This document shows positions 13,701 through 26,700 of a stretch of 64,000 nt of DNA, piece by piece; position 1 is the stretch's first letter; each line of letters begins with the position of its first letter. The stretch is taken from assembly GCF_964355755.1 (NCBI RefSeq), contig NC_092674.1:23064001-23128000 (forward strand), read 5' to 3'. The stretch is from Antedon mediterranea (lineage: Eukaryota > Animalia > Echinodermata). The translations under genes and the position numbers were made by a program. Under the pieces are notes generated by a model, which worked only from the letters and a program-made list of their open reading frames with translations, was not told the origin of the DNA and did not search any database.

Positions 13701-15272
13701 ATGAGGGGTGTTCACTGAAAAAGGGGTGTCCACTGAATAGGGAGTGTCCACTGAATAAAGGGTGTCCACTGAATTGGGAGTGTCCACTGAATAAGGGGTG
13801 TCCACTGAATAGGGGGTGTTCACTGAATAAGGGGTGTTCATTGAATAAGGGGTGTTCATTGAATAAGGGGTGTTCATTGAATAAGGGGTGTCCACTGAAT
13901 AGGGAGTGTCCACTGAATAGGGAGTGTCCACTGAATAGGGGTGTCCACAGAATAGAGAGTGTCCAGTGAATAGAGAGTGTCCACTGAATAGGGGGTATCC
14001 ACTGAATTGAGATGTCCACTGAATAGGGGTGTCCACTGAATAGGGAGTGTCCACTGAATAGGGGGTGTCCACTGAATAGAGAGTGTCCATTGAATAGAGA
14101 GTGTCCACTGAATAGGGGGTATCCACTGAATTGGGGTGTCCACTGAATAGGGGGTATCCACTGAATAGGGGGTATCCACTGAATAGGGGGTGTCCACTGA
14201 ATAGGGGGTGTCCACTGAATAGAGGTATCCACTAAATAGGGGATGTCCACTGAATAGAGGGTGTCCACTGAATAGAAAGTGTCCACTGAATAGGAGGTGT
14301 CCACTGAATAGGGGGTGTCCACTGAATAAGGGGTGTCAACTGAATAGGGAGTGTCCACTGAATAGGAGGTGTCCACTGAATAGGGGGTGTCAACTGAATA
14401 ATGGGTGTCCACTGAATAGGGGTGTCCACTGAATAGGGGTGTCCACTGAATAGGGGGTGTCCACTGAATATGGAGTGTTCACTGAATAAGGGGTGTCCAC
14501 TGAATAGGGAGTGTCCACTGAATAGGAGGTGTCCACTGAATAGGGGGTGTCCACTGAATAATGGGTGTCCACTGAATAGGGGTGTCCACTGAATAGGGAG
14601 TGTTCACTGAATAGGGGGTGTCCACTGAATAGAGAGTGTCCACTGAATAAGGGATGTCCGCTGAATAAGGGGTGTCCGCTGAATAAGGGGTGTCCACTGA
14701 ATAAGAGGTGTCCACTGAATATGGAGTGTTCACTGAATGAGGGGTGTTCACTGAATGAGGGGTGTTCACTGAATTAGGGGTTTTCACTGAATAAGGGGTG
14801 TTCACTGAATGAGGGGTGTTCACTGAAAAAGGGGTGTCCACTGAATAGGGAGTGTCCACTGAATAAAGGGTGTCCACTGAATTGGGAGTGTCCACTGAAT
14901 AAGGGGTGTCCACTGAATAGGGGGTGTTCACTGAATAAGGGGTGTTCATTGAATAAGGGGTGTTCATTGAATAAGGGGTGTTCATTGAATAAGGGGTGTT
15001 TACTGAATAAGGGGTGTCCACTGAATAGGAGGTGTCCACTGAATAGGGGGTGTCCATTGAATAAGGGGTGTCCATTGAATAAGGGGTGTCCACTGAATAG
15101 GGGTGTCCACTGAATAAGGGGTGTCCACTGAATAAGGAGTGTCCACTAAAGAGGGTGTGTCCACTAAAGAGGGTGTGTCCACTGAATAAGGGGTGTCCAC
15201 TGAATAAGGGGTGTCCACTGAATAGGGGGTGTCCACTGAATAGGAGGTGTCCACTGAATAGGGGGTGTCCAC
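10795..15272 (+). repeat. 18-bp minisatellite array (~250 units, consensus CCACTGAATAGGGGGTGT) with ~1.1 kb higher-order repeats
   Basis: Direct inspection. The rare variant CAGAATAGAGAGTGTCCAGTG recurs at 11751, 12859 and 13948. Identical spurious ORFs occur at 12524 and 13613. A MITE left end taCAGTAGAACCCTATTAAG precedes the array at 10678. Confidence 0.97.
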
Positions 15273-15489
15273 TTTTGAATTAACATTTTACATTACGGTA
15301 AGTTGACATATTGTCGATAGATAATGTTTATTAAAGCATGGTATACTGTATTCAAAGTATATTGGTTATGATCTGTCATTACCGTTTCTCCGTGTTATAG
15401 AAATATTCCATATGTTTGATTTTGTACTTGAAGAAATACAATACTGTACATTTGTTATTTGGTTTTCATGATTTAAAAAAAATACAAAA

Positions 15490-16997
15490 ATCCCTGTACA
15501 CGGATTTTTTCAAAAATTTGCCAAATTCGACCCTTTTATTTTTGTATATAAATGGTCACTATGTCTATAAGATGATGATATAACGCAATATAATAGTATT
15601 TTGAAAAATCCCTGAACTATATTACAGGGATTTTTTCGAAAAAATAACCAAATTTCAACCCTTTCATATTTGGATATAAATGGTCACTATACGTCTATAA
15701 GATGATGATAACGCTGTGCAGTATATGCACATATATAGCAATATTATTGCATAATAATAGTTTTTTGAAAAGTGAATATAATTTGGTCATTTTTAGAAAT
15801 TTTCTAAAAAAATGGCCGATTTTCTACCCTTTTTTTTTTTTACATAAATGGTTACTATAGCATAAAAAACATGCGCAGAATCGAATAATGGGTTGCGCAT
15901 GTCAATTGTGACATACATGGTTACTATAGCATAATAAACATGCGCATAGTCGACTAATGGGTTCTGCGCATGTTAATTGTGCTATAGTAACAAGTTTTAT
16001 CAAAAAATAAAAAGGTCGAAAATTGGCCATTTATTGGAAAAAATCCCTGTACTATAGTACAAGAAAATTTCCGAAAAATGGCCGATTTTCGACCCTTTTA
16101 TTTTTCGACATAAATGGTTACTATAGCATAATAAACATGCCCAGAGTCGACTAATGGGTTCTGCGCATGTTAATTGTGCTATAGTAACCAGGAAAATTTC
16201 CGAAAAATGGCTGATTTTCGACCCTTTTATTTTTTGACATAAATGGTTACTATTGCATAATTAACATGCGCAGAGTCGAATAATGGGTTCTGCGCATGTC
16301 AATTGTGTTTGTGCTATAGTAACCACTTTTGACATAAATGGTTACTATAGCATATAAACATGCGCAGAGTCGATTAATGGGTTCTGCGCATGTTAATTGT
16401 GCTATAGTAACCAGTTTTATCGAAAAATAAAAAGGTCGAAAATTGGCCATTTTTTTTTAAAAATCCCTGTACTATAGTACAGAAAAATTTCCGAAAAATG
16501 GCCGATTTTCAACCCTTTTATTTTTTTACATAAATGGTTACTATAGCATAAAAAACATGCGCAGAGTCGTATAATGGGTTCTGCGCATGTTAATTGTGCT
16601 ATAGTAACCAGTTTTATCGAAAAATAAAAAGGTTGAAAATTTGCCATTTTTTCGAAAAAATTCCTGTACTATAGTACAGGAAAATTTCCGAAAAATGGCC
16701 GATTTTCGACCCTTTTATTTTTTTACATAAATGGTTACTATAGCATAAAAAACATGCGCAGAATCGAATAATGGATTCTGCCCATGTTAATTGTGCTATA
16801 GTAACCACTTTTGACATAAATGGTTACTATAGCATAATAAACATGCGCAGAGTCGACTAATGGGTTCTGCGCATGTTAATTGAGCTATAGTAACCAGTTT
16901 TAACGAAAAATAAAAAGGTCGAAAATTTGCCATTTTTTTGAAAAAATCCCTGTAAAATTTCCGAAAAATGGCCGATTTTAATAATGGGTTCTGCGCT
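15490..16997. repeat. Palindromic composite tandem repeat (~197-bp unit plus ~70-bp subunits)
   Basis: Units combine TGGTTACTATAGCA..CATGCGCAGA..TCTGCGCATG..TGCTATAGTAACCA with GGTCGAAAATTGGCCATTTTT..CCTGTACTATAGTACAGG..AAAAATGGCCGATTTTCGACC. Confidence 0.9.
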
Positions 16998-17716
16998 TAA
17001 TGGATTCCTTTAAAAATAATTTGGTAATTATAAAAAAAAATAATGTACTTGATTTAGTGTTTGATTGTCTGTTAAAAACAAAAATTTTATTAGTTTTATC
17101 ATTATAAGGGCCTTCTTAAAAGAGATGCTATAAATCTAAAGCTATTTCTACACAGGCTATCAAACTTTATGTGACAAACAAATGTGATGTGCCCATGGAC
17201 ATGATGATGTCATATCACTAACATATTTAAGCATATCACTACCATATATGGGCACATCACATTTTTTTTTCACATAAAGTTTGATGGTGTAGACAGAGCT
17301 TTATATAACTTATTTAATAAATTACTTTTACTAGTCACCTTCGAAATAATAATGTTTTAATTTATCTAATTAATATTTAGTGTATTTTTGTGTTGTATGG
17401 TTCTGTTAAATTGTATAAAAATACTAATGGCTTTTTAAAAAACAAAATGAGCAGTGTTGGAAATAAATATACCATGAATAATAATAATTCCCAACCATAA
17501 AAGATGTAATAATCAATTGTAAACATTGATATTAAAACAAAAATGAATAAATCTGTTATTACTGCTAAAAGTGTTTACCAATCTCTTAAATGACAACAAT
17601 ATTATTTTCCAGTAAACAGTGACATTATAAACAGTAATTTTAACCTGCATGCATATTATTAAATTAATTACATAATTGTGAGTTCCAAAATGAATCTTAT
17701 CAAAGATTGCTTCAGT

Positions 17717-20700
17717 TTAGTATCCTTTAGACTTCTTGTAGTTTCCGCCACTCCTTTAAAGAAAAACAAGATTTAATGATTACTTCACAATGTTTGTTAT
17801 GTTTCACCACTTTTAACATGTGAAATCCTTAGATATACCAACAGGATTATTTCACAATGCCTTTTCTGCTTCAACAAACATCTAGAAAAAAGTACCTGCT
17901 ATCTTTTAACGTTATGTAAAAGCCTTATAGCAACAGGATTATTTCACAATGCTTTTTCTTCGCAATAAATATTTCACTTGGTTCTTTATATTGAAGCCAC
18001 TTCAAGCTACTTCTCCACATTTAATCTAGGTATTTGCCATTGCATGCATACATATTGCAGGTTGTTAAAAATATGAAAATACTTACCCATCACCTGTTCC
18101 TGTAGCTTTTCTTTTGGCAATAATCTACAAGAAATGTTAACATTTTTGTTAATCAAATTACACCTTTTAATATTTAATTCAAGCTTAACTGCAAACTACA
18201 GGGAGACTTTCAAATTGTACCAAGTTCTTTAATGTTCAATATATGTACACAGAAGCAATGGCTTTACGTCCCACAAAAGATGAGGAAATTAAGGGCATTC
18301 AATATGACGGACTTGCCAATATTAATTCCGATCCCTTACCATTATAAGACCAGATTTATTTTGTTTATTACCTGTTGAATCTTGTTCCATTCCTTGTCCA
18401 GTTCTGCCTTTTCATTCTTCTGACCCCCAACTCTGCGAGTTTTACGTCCCTCAGACATCTTTAAACCAAATTGGAATGCAGCCCTGCAAAATTATACCGG
18501 TAATTGTTTAAGAGATGACAACAATACGCAGCAATGATCTCATATTAGTTAGTCTTTACAATTTGGTGGACTAGATGCTGCAGATTTAACCTTATGCTCA
18601 TCCTATAAAGATCACATCACCTACAGAAGCAATGCATGCTTGAAAGGATTTTTTCAGAGGCGGATTGCTATAAAACAGTCTTAACTGATGACTTAACTAC
18701 CCGATTAAATCAGCTGGCTTTATCAGATAGACGGCCTTACTAAAGCCACCCCTGTTAGACCTTATAAAACAGTCTTATTTAAGACCGCGTACAGTAACAA
18801 ATTGAGGGCGTACTTTATGCGTAGAATACCAACTTATTTGATTTAACATTTAAAACTCGTTCAATTGGTTGTCTTTTACGATCAATAATACGTATAAGCA
18901 ACAGAAATGTAACTCTAGTAGTAACCAATATCACATCATTTTGAGTGTTATTTTGCAAATGCCTACAAAGTTACACTGCAGCTTACTTTAGACAAGTTTT
19001 TCTGATGGTATCTAAATATGTTCATCAAAAATTTTAAAAGAAATGCTATCTTATAAGAGTCGTAACCAGAATGAAAATGTTTATTGTTTTATATAAAAGA
19101 AAAAGCATTGATACTATAAGTCACGCCCGTATTCTTAAACCGGACTTTAGTTGTAGTTTGAAGTTCGACTTGAAAAAGTCGTAGTTCGAGCTATTACTTC
19201 AAATTCGATTCAAAAACAAAGTAGTCGAAGTTTGCAGTTCGACTTAATGAAGTCGAGCTTTTAGTCGAGTTGCACACGTCTGGGTAACAAAGGCTATACA
19301 TTGGCCAATGACAAGAGAGTATTTGAGGAGCAGACGAAATTTTGCGCATTGATATCACTTTCCATTTTCTTACAACACTTTTTACGCATCAGGACTATAT
19401 ACATGAAAAGTAATTTTAATCGTTAATTATTAGAACAAGATCAGTATCAATTTAACAGTGAAGTACTTTCGATTAACAACAAACAAAATATTCAAAATAT
19501 ATTCAGGAACCATGGCGGTACAGTAACTTTTATATTTTCTAGGCCCCCAACAAAGTATGATCGCGACGAACCACGCACTTCATCGCGTGACAAGAAAGCG
19601 CTAGGCCCCCTAAACATTCCATCGCGTGGTGAATTCCCGCATCTGTCATTGTCGCTATGGCGTGACGTAATTCAAGTCGGACTTGCGCGAAGAAAATAAT
19701 GTAATTTGTATACGGTTGTAAATAAAGATTATTTTCAATATTATAACTTATACCAATGTATACTTAATTAAGCTAATATAAAAATAGATATTTCATTTTT
19801 CAATATCTGGCCAATATAACAACTCAATGACTGTTACATTTTTCATAAACATCGTTTAAAAACCATTTAGTCGACCATTTAGCCTGCCCCCTCCAGGACT
19901 AAAAAAATCAATCAAAATTCGTCTCGATTTAGTCGAGGTTGGCCTGAATTAGTCGGCGATTTAGTTGAAGTTCGGTTTATGAATTAAAACGACGTCATTT
20001 TTAAAGTTTTAGCTCGAACTACGACTAAAGTCCGGTTTAAGAATATGGGCGTAAGTGTTTATTAATATCTTACTTTGGCATAGCTTCTTTGTTGTTCATG
20101 TAGCTACTGTAATCGTCCTGTGTTTCGAAATCCCAGCGACTTAAGGGGCCTTTCTTGTTACCCTGAAATCAACAATATATAAACAGAAATTAGTTTTGGA
20201 GAAACCGGACTGTTCTAAGGTTAATATTTGTATATAATACAATGTGTTAAAAACCACTATCATTCTATACAGTAACTTTTACAAATGTTATGTAAACTCA
20301 ACTTTAATTGAACTACAGCAAAGTTTCAACCAACGAAAATTTAAAAAGAAATAATTCAATGCGAGAAGTTCATCTTTACATGTATAAGTAATGGTAAAAA
20401 CTTCTAATACGTATACAGTATATTACATGTAATACATGTACATTATAATGTACAGTGTTTCAAACATGGCTAAAGAAAAACAAATATATCTTGTATGTTT
20501 GCATTCATAATTATGATAATCTTACCAAATCCATTTTACTGTAGTCTGCTTCATCATCAGAGTCGTCACATGCATCAATGCTTTCCATCAATCTATGAAA
20601 GAAAATGATACATTATTAGCGTAATAGGTTAGCACAACAAGACTAACATCTTTATGAATAATCAATATCTCGTTAAATGTGAAATGAGGTTTGTTTTGTA

Positions 20701-23700
20701 TTTTATTTGTTATGATTGTGTGTGTGTTTGTTTCTTTCTTAATACATTTGTTAAGCTCTGTCTACACTATCAAACTTTATGTGACAAAAAATGTGATGTG
20801 CCCGTATATATGGTTATGATGATATCATTTCACTAACATATTTGAGCATATCACTACCATATTTGGGCACATCACACTTTTTTTGTGAAACAAGTTTGAT
20901 AGTGTAGACAGAGCTATAGTTAGGATTACTCAAAAAGTTATTACCCAATGTTCATATCATTTAAAGGACAGTTCCATAGCTGTATGGGAACACGTCATTA
21001 AATGTTCATATACTTAAAGCGGAAGTTTGTGCCCTTCTATTTTGTCATTAAAACAATTACTGTATTAAAAATAATAATTATTATTTCCACTAAAACGACA
21101 CAGTTTTTGCTTTAAGAAGTGTACTGTATTTTCAGGACACTGAGAACACCTGAGAAACGTTTCCACAAAGCAGAATTCTCGCCGGTATCTTCCACCACTC
21201 AGAATTTTCCAACCACCACATTCATGACTATTTTTCAAATTCAAAATGACAAGATAAAAGGGGCATTCAATTTACGTTTCCATCGTTACGTTTCCCAGCA
21301 CTAGCCTAATAACAATGTTTGCGAATTTCGAAGACCAAATCGTGTATACTTACCCAGGATAGCATTCAGCGTAACTTCCGCCAGGGTCTTCAGATTTACC
21401 CCCTCTATGTTTGCCTCGCCTTAATTAGAGAAAAGAAAATACAATATAACTTTTTTATGAGTATAAAATAAAATTTAAAAAAAAATAAAAAAAAAAAAAA
21501 TTATGCAAAAATTCCAAGTATTTGTGCAACTCCACTCCCTAAGCCTCAAATGGACAGTAACAGTATAGTGTGCCTAGTATAAAATAATAATTATAAATAA
21601 TAGTATTGGAATAAAATACTTACGATCGTTTATCTTCATGTCTATCCGACGTATATAACAAGTTAAAGATTTGGGAAGTGTTTTTTTTGTACAATAAAGT
21701 CTCCTAATACCACCCTGGGACGATCAATATTTTTTAGTTTTCTGTGGGCATTTAAAGTAAATTAATTATTACGGTATTATATATCTGTATGTATTAGTTG
21801 TTATTATATATTGTACTGGATGGCAAAAATTGAAATAAGATTATAAATAACAAAAGGATATTTCTTATCAACTGTTGTGAATGTTCCAGCAAATCTACCA
21901 TCAGGTTCAGAAGATTGCTAACAAAAAAAGAAGAAAAGGATGTCATTTGAAACCAATTTTGTATAATTAATGTACACGGAATAGTATGAAATGTTTCCAT
22001 TCTAAAAATTGTAATCTAATCAAATTGAGAGAAGAGTAAAATCAAGATTTAACTTAGTCATTATGGTGCTGTTTATCTTGATGATGTTAAACGTCTTCTT
22101 CTTGTTTATTTAACCGTTAACTTCAAGCCATCGTTGACTGAAGTTGACATATGCATTACCTTTGCGTGAGAGAGACCGGCAACTTATGTACATTATTATG
22201 TATATCTATTTTTTTATTTTATTTTTTATTTCATTATTACTTAAATAATAAATTTATATTAAATAATAGGCAGTCCTTTAACCTAAGGTCCCTTAGGTGC
22301 TCTCCCCTGGGCCAGGAGGATCCTAAAGTTCATAATGGGCAGGGTCACTCATGTCCCTGATCGGATCACTGCACCTAAACTACAGTAGCAAATACAATTG
22401 TTCTTGTTTAACAACATATAAAAGAAATGAAATATATGTAAATCACATACCTTAGAAGATCCATACTTTTTAATGATATTTTGGACAAGATCTTTTCCTC
22501 CAGTTGATGAGGATGACGATCTTGATTCTTGTATTCCCTAATTAAATGAAAAAATAGATGCATTAGGAAAACATGGAGGGATTAAGAAAACATAGAGACA
22601 TTAGTACATAACTCGTGACTGTTTTCACAAATTCCACTGCTACATAATTAAAATTTTTCTTTCACTTTAATATTCTTTAAACTTACCTCTCCTCTATCTT
22701 GAGGTTTCTCAAAGTAACTTCTATGTTTGTGGTCACGGTCATCGCTACGTCCGCCACGGTCACGCGTCTTGCTGCTTTTTTCTCGCCTCTCTTCTTTAGA
22801 TTTTGGTTTTACAAACGACGGTGGTGCATAATCACCCACATCATTGAAAATACTAAAAGCAATAACAACAAAATTACCTTTACAGTCTTATGAAAATCTG
22901 AATATAATTATAAGGTAATTATTAAATTTAAATTAATTATACAAAGGTGAATTTTTAGTGATGTCACAAATGTTATTCTTATAAAAGTAAATTCTGTGTT
23001 ATTCAATCTACAAATTAATGGCAAATGTGATAGAACATGGTAAAAAATAATAAAATTTTCAAATACAAAAAAAACAAATACCTATAACAAATAGTATATT
23101 CACATGTTTGTTTGGAATTAATTAATCTGAAAATCTATTAAATTTTTGCTTGTGTTGTTTGTTTAATGGTACTAGAATAACAATATGGAGAGAATAATGC
23201 TTACAAACTGAATGTTTTTTTTTACTTACTTATCATCATGGCCAGGTAATTTTTCCTTCATTTCTTCTTTCAGTTTTCCTATTATAAACAATATTAAATG
23301 TTAAAAAATAATACTTAGTTTAGGATATGCGATGATTAGTTCTCCGTAACGTTATAGCAACATATATTTACACTTTTAATCATATACCTAAGGTTTTGGG
23401 CTTCGTCAAGAAAAGAGTCTGTGAAAACATTACACATATTAATTCACATTTTTAAAACATTATTAATTGATATAAACCTTTTTCTTTCTTCTTCAACTTT
23501 CTTCCTCTTTGTCCTTGCCGTAAATATGACAGAATCTGAGTCAGCTTGTTAATTACAATATCATTTGCCGTCAGTGTAGTATGCGACTAAAAATAGGTAT
23601 AAAACAATTGTTAGTGTTTTGTTGTAGTCATTGCCATTTATTCAGTATTTGTGCCAATTACTGTATATGATCAGGGTAGGGGGTTAAAAAGAGAGAAACA

Positions 23701-26700
23701 TTGCACTACCTAAGTACCTTGCGTCGAATGTCCTCTCGACGGTCTTTAGACCTAGCCTAGGTAGGCTTAGTTTTGTAGGCCAAGCTGGTAAACAGCAGTA
23801 ACATATGAATATCGTACGCTAGCTATAGGCCTGACGTTGTCCAATTGCTGCATTAAATTGTCTTTCTGTTTTTGCCAGAATTCGGTAATTCAGATTGGGG
23901 AAAACCAGGAATTTCCGCTAAAAAGGTACGAGTCTTCCATTTGTTTTGGCCTTACGATCGATTGAAAGTGTGGACGAATCACAGAATAAAAACAAAAATA
24001 TCAATCCCCGCTATGTATGTTGGGATTTATAGCGAGCCACTTAATTTATTAGAATTGACTTATTTTTTACATTTCTAACCATTTAAAGATGAAAAAAGTT
24101 ATCACAATAGGACCATATAGTATTTATTTTTACATTAAATGTAGTTTGTGACCTTAAATTAGGTCTAAAGAATGTAGGGAATCGGATTTACCTCCATTGT
24201 AGGACAGTCTGCTTTGCTACGTATCACAGTAGTAGGAATATCACTTTCAGCGTAATCGTCATCTAGTTCTACCTTGTACGCCATACGGCCTGGCAAAAAC
24301 AACTCATTACGCTCTGGTGGACGTTTCTTGAATAATGTACGGTACACATTCTTTCCTGTAAAATATTTTATTAGTAAATATGAAATTCCTACTAGGACTA
24401 GCCTATAATAAATGATCTGTTTGCCTCTCTGTCACTCTAAATGTATAATGTTCTTTTGACACATTCTTGTATGCTTCTTTATCTTTAAATTACTGTACTA
24501 CAGTATACTTATGCCAGTCATTCTTTATGGAAATTCATTGATCACATATGTACTAACAATTAAAAACTGAAAATACATAAATATTAAAGAAATTCAAATA
24601 AGTAATAATAATTAAATAAGAGTGTATAGATGTGGTAAGAGGAGTATGAGGTCCGAGGCAGATCACACTAGTTTGGATCATTATCTCAAAAAGTGGACCT
24701 CTGGTAATAAAACAAAATTTGGGGCTGTGATGTGGAATAAACTTCATTTCGAGATCAAGGAACAAATCATGGTTTTGAAACATCTATTTCCTAAGTAGTA
24801 ACTCGTTTTTGCGTCTTTTTTATGTAAAGCGCTTTGTTTATTTTTTCTTTTGGAAAAGTGCTATATAAATTATAATAAATATTTAAAAAATGAAAGCAAT
24901 GCTAATAATATACTAATAATATAAATGTACAGTAATAACAAAATCGATTACTCACCCACTCTTGTCTTGAAAGAAATATGCTCATCTTCAACTACCGGTT
25001 TCTTAACTTCTTTAACAGGCTCCCTAATAAAAGCAAAATATATCACTATAAACATGTAGTTCAATATATGCATTTTCTGTCAGAATTAGAACATGAATCT
25101 ACCAACTTGAATCTGTATTTTAGTAACGCAAGCAGAGATTGAATAAAAAAAAAAATTCTGTTTGTATTGTTTGAGGGTCCCTAATGATCAGCTTATGCTA
25201 GATGGATCACCCTTATTAAATATTGTTTAAATAAAATGCTACTTTATAATGCATAAATGATTTTTATGCTGACCAATAGGGACATGACTGATGAGTGAGT
25301 GATGATGGAACTCAATAACACCATGAGTCTGAACATACTATTATATTATTTACTTACTTTGTTTCTTCTTTGATTGCGTTCTTGAAACTCTCTTCCATCA
25401 CCTCTTCCTCTTCTTTCTCTTTGTGAGTTATCTCAGCTCGAACCTTAAAAGAAATTGAAAGGACTTCATCTCTCAAAGTATTACTAATTTCTGGAATTCT
25501 CTTCTCGACTATGTGGTAACAGCTCCCTTTACAAGGCCGTAGTAATAGGTTAAAAACAGACAAGGCAAAGATGCTTTAAATATAATTATTAATATAAAAC
25601 ATGACGATCTGTGCTGGGGAATTAGGGTGGGTGGTGAAAATTTCACACAAGGCGAGGTAAAGGCCACATAAGGCATAACTTTTTCACACTACTATCAAGT
25701 AAGTAAATGTATGTTGATTGACCAAATAAATGTCATTCAATGTATAACAGGGTCCATAATATACTGTAGTTCACAATTATGATTCATTAACAAGCCATGT
25801 AAACCTGTCCAAGAAGAAATAGAATTTTGAAAAGTTAACTGTTTCAGAGCATAGATTTCATCTGTCAAAAATTTGACCTCCTATAGTTTATTTTGGTGGT
25901 AAAATGCCCTCCTGTTCCCGTGTGTTAATAGAAGACTAGCCTTGCAAAAATCCAGTGTGTTTAAAAAAAATTTCATACAACAGCGAGAAACTCGCCAATT
26001 AAAGGATAGATAAACTATTTAAAAATGTATTGCTGTTGTTTCCGGCTTTATGTTATTAATTTATTCTCTTTCAGTAAGTAGCATGCCTATACCTTTTGTA
26101 AGAGGGCATAATCAAGACCTTTCACCAAATGAGTATGCTCCATGTCACCTCCAAGATATTTACTCTCTTCAATCAATTGCTTACGACGATTAGCGGCAGT
26201 ATCCCCACTAAAAAAAAAGCAACATCAAACCAATTACCAATGATTAATTACCATTACCATGTGCAATATTGAATAATTATTATAGTAAGTAATTCTTGAT
26301 CTTTCATCAGAGAATTGTGTTGTTATAGTGTTTATTTGTGTTGGTGCAATTTTCTGTGTATTTTTATACATTATATATATTTATATAATTTTATGATGAT
26401 ATGCCAGTTTTTCAAAGCAAATTAAATTCTGTTAATTTCTTTTTAATGGACAAATAAAGATATGACAATAATTTTGGTAGATTTCCATAAACATATTTAT
26501 ACAAAAATAAAAACTCATGAATGTTAACCGTGATAAATAAATGTGGATCGGAACACTACTTTTCCAAAATACCTTATCCTTGTTTTTGGTTATGTTACAG
26601 TGACCTGCCTTAACCGTGAAGCCACTTAACTTATCTAAAGTGTTTCTTTAATGGAAATAGAAACAGATTGCTTACGACTGAACATCGGGGGCGACTGCTC

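Noticed and set aside
10795-15272. CRISPR-like array (constant TCCACTGAATA plus variable part)
   Set aside because: The variable parts are only ~7 nt and are variants of one another, not unique spacers. There are no cas genes and the context is eukaryotic.
10717-15272. Long repetitive ORFs (YSVDTP, IQWTPP, FSGHPL repeats)
   Set aside because: By-products of an 18-bp unit lacking stops on the minus strand. They are open in all three frames and broken by 17-bp units. The same applies to ORFs at 7473-7706 and 52470-52736.
16250-16817. Three similar 66-76 aa ORFs suggesting a tandem gene family
   Set aside because: They are translations of the palindromic satellite unit.
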